Assembly: GCA_964639075.1 (NCBI GenBank)
Contig: CAZXCB010000001.1
Coordinates: 9,602-73,601 of the forward strand
Length of the DNA stretch: 64,000 nt
From: an uncultured Bifidobacteriaceae bacterium
GTDB lineage: Bacteria; Actinomycetota; Acidimicrobiia; IMCC26256; JAENVU01
Reading direction: 5' to 3'
The notes under the pieces were generated by a model, which ran no database searches, was not told the DNA's origin, and saw only the letters and a list, made by a program, of their open reading frames with translations. Shown one piece after another: positions 26,782-36,328 of this stretch. Position 1 is the first letter of the stretch. The number at the start of each line of letters is the position of its first letter. Made by a program: the position numbers and the translations under genes.

Positions 26782-29727
26782 ATGAGGCAGGGGATCGTTC
26801 GTGGTCTGGCGGTCGGCGCGCTCCTCGCCCTCGCGCCGGCGTCACCCGCGGTGGGTGGCACCCTGGCTGCCGGCCGCGGCGCCGACCGCAACGCCCCCAG
26901 CAGCTCGGCCTCACGCGCACCGGCGACACCCTGGACGCGCGCGGCCTGGGATGACGCGGTCAAGTCGGCACCGAGGGCCGACACGGGCTCGGTCCGGTCC
27001 GGAGGGACGACGTCGGTGACGGCGGCCGCGGCTCCGGCGCTCGCCGTCACGCCCGACACGAACCTGGTGCGCGGCCAGGTCGTCTCGGTGACCGGCTCGG
27101 ACCTCGGCAGCGGTCAGATCGTGCTCGTGCAATGCCCGGTCGACGTCGCCCCGGCGTACTTCTGCGACTACCGGAGCGCCGCGGTCGTCACGCCCGACGC
27201 GTCGGGCTCCATCGCCGCGAGCTTCACCGTCCACCGCGTCATCGAGAGTCCCGTCGGTCGCGTCGACTGCGCGAGCGCTCCCGGCACGTGTGATCTCGTC
27301 GCCGCCAGTCTCGGCGCCGCGATCCTGGCGCGCCACGCGCTCGCGTTCGACCCGACCGCGCCCCCGCCGGACTCGAGGATCACCGTGACCCCGTCGACCG
27401 GCCTGCTCGGCAACCAGAGCGTGACCGTGGCCGGGAGCGGATTCCTCCCCGCCGACCAGGTCTGGGTCCGCGAGTGCGCGGTCGTCGACGCGGAGTGCCA
27501 GGGGTCCTTCCTCCAGGTCATCACCGATGCGGCCGGGGCCTTCTCGACGCCGCTGACCGTTCGGCTGCGTGTGAACGACGCCACCGGCACCACCACGCAC
27601 TGCCTCGCGGTCGACTGCATCGTGCGGGCGTCGAGCCACACGGATCTCGAGTTCGAGGCCAGCGCGCCCATCACCTTCGATCCGGGTCAGCCGCCACCCT
27701 CGCTGCCGTCGATCACCGTCACGCCGTCGACCGGCCTGCTCCACGACCAGACGGTGACGATCACCGGAACCGGGTTCGACCCCGCGGAGTACGTCGACAT
27801 CACCGAGTGCATCGCCACCGACCCGTACTGCTACGAGTACCTGGTGGGCGCCGAGCCCGACGCGGCCGGCAGCTTCACCGCCACCGCCCCTGTGACCCGA
27901 CTCGTCGCCGGCTACTCCCCCGGTGGCCTGGACGTCGTCGACTGCGCCCTCACGCCGTGTCGCATCACCGCGACCGGCTACACGAACGAGGACACCCTGG
28001 CGTTGCGGGCGAGCGCGCCCGTCTCCTTCGACGGCTCGGTCGCGCCGCCGGTCCCGCCCGCGGTGACCGTCACCCCCTCCACGAACCTGCCCTATCGCGC
28101 CGACGTCACGGTGCGCGGCACCGGCTACCGCCCGGGCTCCCCGATCTACGCGGACTACTGCGGCGGGTCGATGGAGACCGGCGGCTGCGCGTCCTACGCG
28201 GAGGGCACGGCCGACGCGTCGGGCACGGTCGAGCTCACCCTCACGGTCAAGCGCCGGATCTTCACGGGCGGCGTCGATCCGATCGACTGCGTCGAGGTGG
28301 GGACCACCTGCTCCGTGAACGTCTCCGGTGCGCGCGGCTACGAGCGCGCGCAGATCGACGTGTCGTTCGACCCGAACGCACCGATCCCTCCGTCACCGGT
28401 CGCGACCGTCACCCCCGATCACGACCTCGGGTACCGCCAGACGTTGGCCGTCACCGGGTCCGGCTTCGCCCCGGGCAGCGTGCCGGTGCAGCAATGCGGT
28501 CGCGTCGACCTCGGATTCGACTCGTTCGAGATCTGCGCCGGGTTCACCGAGCTCCAGGCCGGCGCAGACGGGGCCGTCTCGGGGACGGTCGAGGTGCGCC
28601 GATTCCCCTCGTTCTTCCCCGGTGAGTCGCTCGACTGCGCGACGAGCGCGACGCCGTGCACGCTCCGGATCGGATCCGGCGACCCGGACGAATCGGCGAT
28701 CGTGCCGCTCGCGTTCGACCCGAGCTCACAACCGCCGCCGCCGCCGGTCGTCACGGTCTCCCCGCGCACCCACCTGCACGACGGCCAGGAGGTGACCGCG
28801 CGTGGCAGCCGCTTCGGGGCCGGCGCCCTGCTCGGGCTGGCCCAGTGCCGGGCCGGCGTGACCCAGATCGCCGACGGGTGCGACATCTCCCACGCGAGCG
28901 TGGCCGTCACCGACGCCGCAGGCGCGTTCACGGCCACCCGGACGGTGGCCGGTGTGATCGGGACCTCCCAGGGACCGGTCGACTGCACCGTCGCCGGCGC
29001 GTGCGTCCTCGCGGTCGCCAACGCCGGCGAGCTCAGCGAGCTCGCGGTGGCCCCCCTGCAGATCGACGCGCCCACACTGGCGGTGCACGACGCCACGGTG
29101 ATGGAGGGCACCGGCGAGGACATGCACACCGAGGTCATGGTCGAGCTGTCGGCGCCGACCACCACGCCGTTGACCGTCGAATGGCAGGCGGCCGCCGCGA
29201 CCGCCGGCGACCAGGACTTCGCGCCGCGGCGGGGCCGCGTCACCATCCCGGCCGGGGCGGCCGAGGCGATGATCCCGCTCCACGTCGTCGGTGACCGGCT
29301 CGACGAGACGACCGAGCACTTCACGGTGGAGGTCACGCGGGCACTGGGCACGCGCGTCACCGACCGTCGCGCCACGGTCACGATCACCGACGACGACCGG
29401 GCGCCGAGCGTGTCGGTCCGCGACGGCCGGCGTCGCGAGGACCACGGCGAAGCCCACGCCGAGGTGCTGCTGTCCGCGCCCAGCGGCCAGACCGTGATCG
29501 TGCACTACGTGACCCACCACGGTACGGCCCGGGCCGGCTCCGACTACGTGCGCAAGGACAGCCGGCTCGTGTTCCTCCCGGGCGAGACCCGGCACCTGGT
29601 CCGCATCCTGCTGGTCGACGACCACGCGCACGAGCCCACGGAGTGGTTCCGCGTCGAGCTCGACCGGGCCGAGCACGCGCACCCGGCGGACGCCGTCGGC
29701 ATCGTGACCGTCACCGACGACGACTGA
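26782..29727 (+). CDS. Secreted protein: six tandem neocarzinostatin-fold-like four-Cys repeats plus two Calx-beta domains (981 aa)
   Basis: In frame within ORF 26452..29727. ATG at 26782 is preceded by GGAGGGA. Signal peptide MRQGIVRGLAVGALLALAPASPAVGG. Six ~105-aa repeats start with VTVTPSTxL...V.V.G.GF, each carrying C..C and DC....C pairs. The C-terminal Calx-beta pair ends in VTVTDDD. Confidence 0.85.
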   Translation: MRQGIVRGLAVGALLALAPASPAVGGTLAAGRGADRNAPSSSASRAPATPWTRAAWDDAVKSAPRADTGSVRSGGTTSVTAAAAPALAVTPDTNLVRGQVVSVTGSDLGSGQIVLVQCPVDVAPAYFCDYRSAAVVTPDASGSIAASFTVHRVIESPVGRVDCASAPGTCDLVAASLGAAILARHALAFDPTAPPPDSRITVTPSTGLLGNQSVTVAGSGFLPADQVWVRECAVVDAECQGSFLQVITDAAGAFSTPLTVRLRVNDATGTTTHCLAVDCIVRASSHTDLEFEASAPITFDPGQPPPSLPSITVTPSTGLLHDQTVTITGTGFDPAEYVDITECIATDPYCYEYLVGAEPDAAGSFTATAPVTRLVAGYSPGGLDVVDCALTPCRITATGYTNEDTLALRASAPVSFDGSVAPPVPPAVTVTPSTNLPYRADVTVRGTGYRPGSPIYADYCGGSMETGGCASYAEGTADASGTVELTLTVKRRIFTGGVDPIDCVEVGTTCSVNVSGARGYERAQIDVSFDPNAPIPPSPVATVTPDHDLGYRQTLAVTGSGFAPGSVPVQQCGRVDLGFDSFEICAGFTELQAGADGAVSGTVEVRRFPSFFPGESLDCATSATPCTLRIGSGDPDESAIVPLAFDPSSQPPPPPVVTVSPRTHLHDGQEVTARGSRFGAGALLGLAQCRAGVTQIADGCDISHASVAVTDAAGAFTATRTVAGVIGTSQGPVDCTVAGACVLAVANAGELSELAVAPLQIDAPTLAVHDATVMEGTGEDMHTEVMVELSAPTTTPLTVEWQAAAATAGDQDFAPRRGRVTIPAGAAEAMIPLHVVGDRLDETTEHFTVEVTRALGTRVTDRRATVTITDDDRAPSVSVRDGRRREDHGEAHAEVLLSAPSGQTVIVHYVTHHGTARAGSDYVRKDSRLVFLPGETRHLVRILLVDDHAHEPTEWFRVELDRAEHAHPADAVGIVTVTDDD

Positions 29728-29763
29728 ATCGAGCGCGCCCCGCGCGGCCTCGACCGGCGCGTC

Positions 29764-30525
29764 CTACGTGTGCATCTCCATCATCTCCCAGCACGCGTCG
29801 TCCGGTGCCGCCGGACCACTCGCGAGCAGGCACGGGTGGTGGCCGACGAAGACGTCGGGCTCGTGGAACCACTCGGGCACGACCCACGCGTGGAGGAGCC
29901 AGAAGTTGCCGAGGTAGACGGTGCTGCCGGCCACGCCGGGTGGGCACGGACCGTCGAAGATGACGAGGCCCGTCGAGCTGGAGATGCAGAGGTACTCGTG
30001 CCGGTGCCACCAGTCGTTGTCCCCGGGGAACCCGGCCGGGGGTCCGTCGGGGCCGTTGTTCACGTACCAGCTGAACCCGACGAGCTTCGCGTCGGGCCCG
30101 TTCCCGTCGTACTGGAGGAACGACGGGCGGGTCGGGTTGAACGTCCCTGCCAGCGGGCTGCCGAGCGCGTGGTGCGTGCCCATTCCCTCGGCGTAGTTCA
30201 CCGACGCGCGCCAGCCGGCGGCCTCCGCCTCACCGCGCGTGGGCCACTGCATCGCGTAGATCAACGCCGCGTCGAACGAGCCCGACACCGAGATGCAGTC
30301 GTCCCAGCTCAGGTCGCCCTTCTCGATCCCCCGGTCGATGTACCACTGCGCGCCCGGATCGTCGGGCATGAGCTCCGAGTGGCACCACCACGGGCGGGTG
30401 TTCGGGCTCGTCTCCTGGTGGTGCAGCGCCATCGGCTTGAAGCACGCCGTGAGCACCACCGCGGCGGCCGCGACGAGTGCGATCCGCCGGCCCACCGAGA
30501 CCGACCTTCGAAGTGGATGCGTCAT
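29764..30525 (-). CDS. Lipoprotein, unknown function (Trp/His/Cys-rich)
   Basis: ORF 29764..30615. ATG at 30523-30525 gives MTHPLRRSVSVGRRIALVAAAAVVLTA/C (lipobox). Confidence 0.7.
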   Translation of the reverse strand: MTHPLRRSVSVGRRIALVAAAAVVLTACFKPMALHHQETSPNTRPWWCHSELMPDDPGAQWYIDRGIEKGDLSWDDCISVSGSFDAALIYAMQWPTRGEAEAAGWRASVNYAEGMGTHHALGSPLAGTFNPTRPSFLQYDGNGPDAKLVGFSWYVNNGPDGPPAGFPGDNDWWHRHEYLCISSSTGLVIFDGPCPPGVAGSTVYLGNFWLLHAWVVPEWFHEPDVFVGHHPCLLASGPAAPDDACWEMMEMHT

Positions 30526-30620
30526 GCCGGACCCCCCGCTCGACGGTCGAAGGTACACCGGCGCCGGCCCCGGGCCAAGGGGAACCAGCCCCGGGGTCCG
30601 GGCGGCCCGGGACACAACGC

Positions 30621-32387
30621 CTAGGCCGGATCGGTGAAGGCGAGGTCGGCGACGGTGACGCTGCCGGACGCAGTCGGTCCGGCGACGAGCGCGACCGACC
30701 GGATCGCGTGCAGGTCCACCCCCGCGAACGCGCTGAGTGGGATCCGGACGGTCGCGTCGTAGAGCTTCGGCACCGAGAACGACGTCGTCGCGCCGGGCGG
30801 GTACCGCAGGGCCGGGCTGAAGCTCGCGATCGGCGCGAACGCGCGGCGACCCGCCGCGTCTTGCAGCCGCACGAACGCGTCCTGGCGCAGCCCGAGCAGG
30901 TTCAGCGGATTCGTGAACACGAGGCCGGCCCGCAACGTGAGCGCGCGGTAGCGCGCGACGTCACCCTTGGCCGCCGGGATGTCGAACTCGGCCCGCGCGC
31001 CGGGATCCGTCCACGTCAGTCGCAGCTGCGACAGACCGAGCGCCTGCGGCGCGAGGAAGCTGAACGACGAGTGCGGTTCCTGCTCGCCGCCGAAGGAATC
31101 GTTCGAGAGGCAGAACGGGTACGGGAACGTCGCGCCGCACATCGCGACCTCCGAGAACCCGGTGAAGTGCACGTTCCCACCCGCGGTGTCGCGCAGCAAC
31201 GCACTGCCGCTACGCATCCGGGCGACGTCGAGACGGGCTGTGCGTGACGCACCCGCGTGGTACGACACCGAGACGTCGGAGTGCGCGATGCGCGTGAGCG
31301 ACGGTGGACGCGCCGCCGAACCGTCGAGATACGGATCGAGCGCCTGCTCGCCACCGAGGTAGCGCCGGAAGAAGGTCGCGAAGACGATCGCACCGACCGC
31401 ACGTTGCCCGGCGGCGTCGAGCCGCCCGGTGCTCGGCACTCCCGGTCCGCAGAACGGCTCCTCGGGGTCCCACCAGTCGTCGCCGCCGCCGGGATACGGC
31501 GGCGTCCAGGCGGAGTTGAAGAAGTTGTGGTCGGCGCCGTAGACGAGCACCGCGTGCTTCGGCGCGCTGTCGGTCGAGTCGGTGTAGCGGGCGTCGTCGT
31601 AGAAGTGGATGCCCTGGAGGTCCGACACGTCGCCGTCGCAGTACGGCAGCACCACCTCGAGCGCCACGCGGTTGAGGACCACACGCGAGAAGTCGGTCGG
31701 CGCCAACGCGATCACGGCCCGGATCGAGTACGGCGAGCCGAACGCCTGGTTCAACGCCGCCGCCGCCACGACTCCCTCGCCACCCCGGCTGTGGCCCATC
31801 AGGCCGATGTTGCCCAGGTCGACGTGGCCGGCGAACTTCGTCCCGAACGGCGCACCGCCGGTGGTCTCCCACCTCCGCCAGAGATCGAGGTGGTGGAGCA
31901 CGAGCTGACCCCGTGCGTTCGCGCCGAGGTCGGCCGCGGCGTCGTCGTTGTAGTTGATCGAGTTCGCGCTGATCGACGCGACGATGTAGCCGCGGGACGC
32001 GAGCAGGGTCGCGGCGTCGGCGTAGCCGCGGTGGCTCGCGATCGGGACCCGCCCGGGGCCGCACGGCCACTCGAAGTACGGCACCCGGGTCGCCGGGTCG
32101 AAGCAGGTCAGATGCCGACCGTGCAGGAAGACCACCAACGGGAACGTCCCGTTCAGCGCGCGCGGGTAGTACACCCGGGCACGCACCTCGACCGGCGCCG
32201 GGAACCCGTTCGGCGTGAACGCGGTGTCGCCGAAGCCGTAGTCGGCGACGCCCACCGGGTACGCGCCCGCGAGCCCGGGATCCGGCGGTGACGCGGCCGG
32301 CGCCGCCGCGGTGGTGCCGAGCGCGCCGACGAGGCCGACGACGACGGCGACCGCGATCACCACGCGCCGGAGCCGCGCGCCGCTCAC
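30621..32387 (-). CDS. Secreted alpha/beta hydrolase (lipase/PAF-acetylhydrolase/cutinase-like) with C-terminal beta-rich domain
   Basis: C-terminal 588 codons of ORF 30621..34940. GTG at 32385-32387 overlaps the upstream stop (GTGA). Signal peptide present, nucleophile elbow GLMGHSRGGEG. Confidence 0.8.
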   Translation of the reverse strand: MSGARLRRVVIAVAVVVGLVGALGTTAAAPAASPPDPGLAGAYPVGVADYGFGDTAFTPNGFPAPVEVRARVYYPRALNGTFPLVVFLHGRHLTCFDPATRVPYFEWPCGPGRVPIASHRGYADAATLLASRGYIVASISANSINYNDDAAADLGANARGQLVLHHLDLWRRWETTGGAPFGTKFAGHVDLGNIGLMGHSRGGEGVVAAAALNQAFGSPYSIRAVIALAPTDFSRVVLNRVALEVVLPYCDGDVSDLQGIHFYDDARYTDSTDSAPKHAVLVYGADHNFFNSAWTPPYPGGGDDWWDPEEPFCGPGVPSTGRLDAAGQRAVGAIVFATFFRRYLGGEQALDPYLDGSAARPPSLTRIAHSDVSVSYHAGASRTARLDVARMRSGSALLRDTAGGNVHFTGFSEVAMCGATFPYPFCLSNDSFGGEQEPHSSFSFLAPQALGLSQLRLTWTDPGARAEFDIPAAKGDVARYRALTLRAGLVFTNPLNLLGLRQDAFVRLQDAAGRRAFAPIASFSPALRYPPGATTSFSVPKLYDATVRIPLSAFAGVDLHAIRSVALVAGPTASGSVTVADLAFTDPA

Positions 32388-32869
32388 CCCACCACCACCG
32401 CGATCGTCCGGGCACCGGACTGCGGGCCGTTCTCGCCGTAGCTCCAGGTGACCTGCGCGCCGACGCGCAGCCACGACCGGTCGAAGCTGACCGTCGACGC
32501 CGCGGAGAGGTCGGGGCTCGGACGCGCCCGTCCGATGACGCGACCGTCGACGCGCACGACGATCGGCATGGCCCGCACCGCGAACGGTCCCCCGTGCAGC
32601 GTGAGTCGCAGCGGTGCCGTGGACGCGCCCTCCGACGGCGCCGGCGCCTCGACCGCTTCGACGGAGACGCCGTCGCCGGTGGCGACGACCGCGCCGGGCG
32701 CCGCGAGACCCTCGGTGGTCCGCTGCGCCTGCGCCGCGTCGGGAGGTGGAGGGACGCGGTCGCCGATCGGCCCGCCCGGGTCGTCGTTCGCACCCGCGGT
32801 CGCGAGCCCGACCGTCACGAGCACCGCCGCGACCACCCCGATCCCCGTCGCCAGCACGCTGCGTCGCAT
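32384..32869 (-). CDS. Small secreted hypothetical protein
   Basis: ORF 32384..32947. ATG at 32867-32869 is preceded by GGGGGAGGG. Signal-like N-terminus MRRSVLATGIGVVAAVLVTVGLATAGA. Coupled to the hydrolase gene. Confidence 0.55.
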   Translation of the reverse strand: MRRSVLATGIGVVAAVLVTVGLATAGANDDPGGPIGDRVPPPPDAAQAQRTTEGLAAPGAVVATGDGVSVEAVEAPAPSEGASTAPLRLTLHGGPFAVRAMPIVVRVDGRVIGRARPSPDLSAASTVSFDRSWLRVGAQVTWSYGENGPQSGARTIAVVVG

Positions 32870-32974
32870 CGGCCCTCCCCCGAACCGATCGGGGCCTGCC
32901 ACCCTCGACTGGTCGCCCACTCGGATCGCCGAGGTTGGCAGCCGCACCGCCGCCGCGCAAGACGGCCGCGCGGC

Positions 32975-34609
32975 TCAGGCCGTCGAGACGGCCTCGGATG
33001 GAGGTGCGGCAGGCCGCATCGGGAGCCCGCGGCTGAAGAACAGCGCGACGAGCGCGAGCACGGCGAGCACCGACAAGGAGGCGCGGAGTCCGTCGATGCG
33101 CGCCTGCGCGTTCTCGTCGACGATCTCGGCCGCGGTCTCGTCGCTCACCCCCGCGTCCACCAACGCGGCCTCGAGGTCGGCGTCGGAGACGAACGGCACG
33201 CCGCTCTCGAGCTGCACCTGCGCCTGCGAGCTGAGGTCGTCGGGGACGGCCGGGTTGCTCTCGATGCCGGTGAAGAACGACGCCGTCAGCGCGGACATCA
33301 GGACCGCGCCCGCGAGCGCGGTGCCGATCGAGATGCCCAGGTTGGATGCCGTGTTCTGGAGCCCGCCCACCTCGCCGCTCTGCTCGTCGGAGACCGACGA
33401 GACCGTGACCGCCCCGAGCTGTGACGCCAACGCGCCGATGCCGAGACCGGCCAGGAGCATCGGCCACGTGGTGATCTCCGGCCCGGCCCCGATGTCGAGC
33501 AGGGCGACGAAGACGACCAGGCCGAGGAACAACCCGGTGAAGCCGATCTGGGACACCCGCCGCGGCGAGGCCTGCGGGAACAGCTTCGGGACCCCGACCG
33601 CGGCGATCACGAGGGTCACCGACAAGGGCAGGAGCCGCACGCCCGTGTCGATCGCGCTGAGGCCGAGGGCGATGGACAGGAACAGCGGCACCGCGAAGAA
33701 CAGTCCGGCCTGGAGCAGGTACTGGAAGAAGAACGCGACCAGACCGGCGCGGAGCAGCGCCACGCGCAGGATCGCCGGGTCGAGCAGCGCGGGCTTGCCG
33801 GCGTCGCGGCGGTGCTGCTCCCACGCGAGGAACCCGAGCAGCACTGCGCCGCCGCCGAGCAGGAGCCAGATCACGGGCGAGACGCCCAACCACGTCGGCG
33901 CGCCGGACTTGGGCTGCACGAAGCCCCACGTACCCGAGCGCAGGATGCCGTAGACGATCAGGCCCAGCCCGAGCGCGGAGAGTGCCGTGCCGACGAGGTC
34001 GAGGCGCGCGCCCTCTTCCTTCGGCGTGTCGGCCGTGCGCCGGTTCAGCAGGAGGACCACGCCGATGATGAGGACCTCGCCCACGAACACGTAGCGCCAC
34101 GACCAGTACGTGGTGAACAGCCCACCGATCAGCGGGCCGACCCCGACCGCGATCGCACCGCCGACGGCGACGAGCCCGTAGGCCTTGGGGCGCGCGGGCG
34201 TGTCGAAGTTCGACGCGACCAGTGCCACGATCGCCGGGAGCACGAGCGCCGCGCCGGTGCCCTCGAGGAACGACCAGCCGAACAGCATGACCGGGAGGTT
34301 CGGCGAGATCGCCGTGATGAACGATCCGCACCCGTAGATCACACAGCCGATCGCGAACGCGCGCTTGCGACCGAGGATCTGACCCATCCGCCCGCCCGTG
34401 ATCATCAACGATGCCATCACCAACGTGTACAGCGTGATCGCGGTCTGGATGCCGGTCACCGTCGTCCCGAGGTCCTTGGCGACCGTCGCGATCGACACGT
34501 TCATGACCGACGAGTCCAGGATCATCACGAACTGGGCCGACGCGAGCGTCAGCAGCACGAGCCTGGCCGCGGCGCTCGGGCCGGCGGTCGTTGCATTCGT
34601 GTCGGTCAA
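32975..34609 (-). CDS. MFS transporter, DHA2 (14-TM) family
   Basis: ORF 32975..34702. Proposed TTG start at 34607-34609 lies 5 nt after GGAGG. MILDSSVMNVSIATVAKDLG and GGRMGQILGRKRAF motifs. Confidence 0.85.
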   Translation of the reverse strand: MTDTNATTAGPSAAARLVLLTLASAQFVMILDSSVMNVSIATVAKDLGTTVTGIQTAITLYTLVMASLMITGGRMGQILGRKRAFAIGCVIYGCGSFITAISPNLPVMLFGWSFLEGTGAALVLPAIVALVASNFDTPARPKAYGLVAVGGAIAVGVGPLIGGLFTTYWSWRYVFVGEVLIIGVVLLLNRRTADTPKEEGARLDLVGTALSALGLGLIVYGILRSGTWGFVQPKSGAPTWLGVSPVIWLLLGGGAVLLGFLAWEQHRRDAGKPALLDPAILRVALLRAGLVAFFFQYLLQAGLFFAVPLFLSIALGLSAIDTGVRLLPLSVTLVIAAVGVPKLFPQASPRRVSQIGFTGLFLGLVVFVALLDIGAGPEITTWPMLLAGLGIGALASQLGAVTVSSVSDEQSGEVGGLQNTASNLGISIGTALAGAVLMSALTASFFTGIESNPAVPDDLSSQAQVQLESGVPFVSDADLEAALVDAGVSDETAAEIVDENAQARIDGLRASLSVLAVLALVALFFSRGLPMRPAAPPSEAVSTA

Positions 34610-34731
34610 GCGGGCCTCCGCGGGCCGGGTTCGGAGCGTCGCCCTGGGTGGCGGCCGGCACACAGTACGCGCGGGCCCGCGCCGGCGGCGGCCGCAGTAC
34701 ATTGCCCACTCCGGTCACCGAGGGGGCACGT

Positions 34732-36234
34732 GTGAGCAGCGACATCAGCCGGCGCGACATCCTCCGCTGGTCATTGCTCGGCGGCGCCGCGATCCCGATG
34801 ACGTCGCTGCTGGCCGCGTGCGGCGGCGACGGCACGTCCTCGGCCACTCGGCGCCAGCCAGTTCCCGGCGGTCCGACCACGACCTCCGTCTCCGGAACGA
34901 CCGACGCGTGGTGGCTGCAGGGGAACTTCGCCCCCGTCACCCGGGAGGTGGAGGCGTTCGACCTCGAGGTGGTCGCGGGGGCGATCCCGCCGACGTTGCG
35001 CGGCCTCTACGTGCGCAACGGCTCGAATCCCCAGTCGGGCGACTCGACGCACTGGTTCTTCGGCGACGGCATGGTGCACGGCGTCAAGCTCGAGGACGGC
35101 ACGGCCGCGTGGTACCGCAACCGCTACGTGCGCACCGCGTTGTACGAGTCGAGGACCGGTTTCGGTGAGGGTCCTCCCGGCGGCGCGGCGAACCAGTCGA
35201 ACGTCTCGGCGATCTGGCACGGGGGTCGACTGCTCACCAGCGGCGAGGTCGGCCTGCCGTTCGAGCTGTCGACCGCGGATCTCGGCACGATCGGCACCCA
35301 CGACTTCGGCGGTCGCCTCACCACCGCGTTCACCGCCCACCCGAAGGTGGATCCGGCGACCGGTCGGCTCCACTTCTTCGGCTACGGGTTCACGCCGCCC
35401 TACCTCACGTACCACGTTGCTGCGCCCGACGGCACGTTGGTCTCGAGCACCGAGGTGCCCGTCGGCGCGTCCACGATGATCCACGACTTCACGATCACCG
35501 AGACCGACGCCGTGTTCTGGGAGCTCCCGGTGCTGTTCGACCTCGAGGCCGCGACCAGGTGGATCCGGGACAAGAGCTCCGGCGTCTTCCCGTACCGGTG
35601 GGCACCCGAGTACGGCGCACGCATCGGTGTGATGCCGCTCGACGGGCCCGGGACCGCGATCCGATGGTTCGACATCGACCCGTGCTACGTGTTCCACGGC
35701 GTGAACGCGCATCGCTCCGGGGACGACGTCGTGCTCGACGTGTGCCGGCTCTCCTCGATGTTCGCGCCGAACCAGCGGCTCGGCGGCGACCTGAGCCTCC
35801 GGCGATGGACGGTCGACACCGTGCGGGGCTCCGTGCGCGACGAGGTCGTCGACGCCGACCGACCGGGTGAGCTCCCGTCACGGGACCCGCGCCGCGTCGG
35901 GCGCAAGCAGCGCTACGGCTACTTCGTGCAGACGCGCGACAACCCCGACACCGTGGACCTCGGTGGCCTGGTCAAGCGCGACTACCGCACCGGCCGGGTC
36001 GAGACCTGGGACCCGGGGCCGTCGGGGCACACCGGCGAGTGGCTCTTCGTCCCCGACGGCAGCTCGGCGGACGAGGACGCCGGCTACCTGCTCACCTTCC
36101 TCTACGACGACACCCGCCGTACGAGCCAGCTCGTGATCGTGGACGCGACCGACGTCCGCGCGGGCCCCGTCGCGCGCATCGCGATCCCCCAGCGGGTCCC
36201 CTATGGCTTCCACGCCACGTGGGTCGAGGCCTGA
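34732..36234 (+). CDS. Carotenoid-cleavage-oxygenase (RPE65/lignostilbene dioxygenase) family enzyme with Tat signal and lipobox
   Basis: In frame within ORF 34591..36234. GTG at 34732 is preceded by GAGGGGG. SRRDILRWSLLGGAA...SLLAA/CGG. Four His-containing blocks: TAHPKVDP, MIHDFTITE, YVFHGVNA, PYGFHATW. Confidence 0.85.
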   Translation: MSSDISRRDILRWSLLGGAAIPMTSLLAACGGDGTSSATRRQPVPGGPTTTSVSGTTDAWWLQGNFAPVTREVEAFDLEVVAGAIPPTLRGLYVRNGSNPQSGDSTHWFFGDGMVHGVKLEDGTAAWYRNRYVRTALYESRTGFGEGPPGGAANQSNVSAIWHGGRLLTSGEVGLPFELSTADLGTIGTHDFGGRLTTAFTAHPKVDPATGRLHFFGYGFTPPYLTYHVAAPDGTLVSSTEVPVGASTMIHDFTITETDAVFWELPVLFDLEAATRWIRDKSSGVFPYRWAPEYGARIGVMPLDGPGTAIRWFDIDPCYVFHGVNAHRSGDDVVLDVCRLSSMFAPNQRLGGDLSLRRWTVDTVRGSVRDEVVDADRPGELPSRDPRRVGRKQRYGYFVQTRDNPDTVDLGGLVKRDYRTGRVETWDPGPSGHTGEWLFVPDGSSADEDAGYLLTFLYDDTRRTSQLVIVDATDVRAGPVARIAIPQRVPYGFHATWVEA

Positions 36235-36264
36235 ACGGACGACGCCGGGACGATCAACGGACGC

Positions 36265-36298
36265 GACGGGGCGCGGGACTCGCGTCCCGCGCCCCGTC
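36265..36298. terminator. Bidirectional intrinsic-terminator-like hairpin between convergent genes
   Basis: Perfect 15-bp arms GACGGGGCGCGGGAC / GTCCCGCGCCCCGTC with a 4-nt loop, followed by TCGTCTCGTC. Lies between stops at 36234 (+) and 36329 (-). Confidence 0.65.
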
Positions 36299-36328
36299 TC
36301 GTCTCGTCGACGGATCCCTCGGCGTCGA

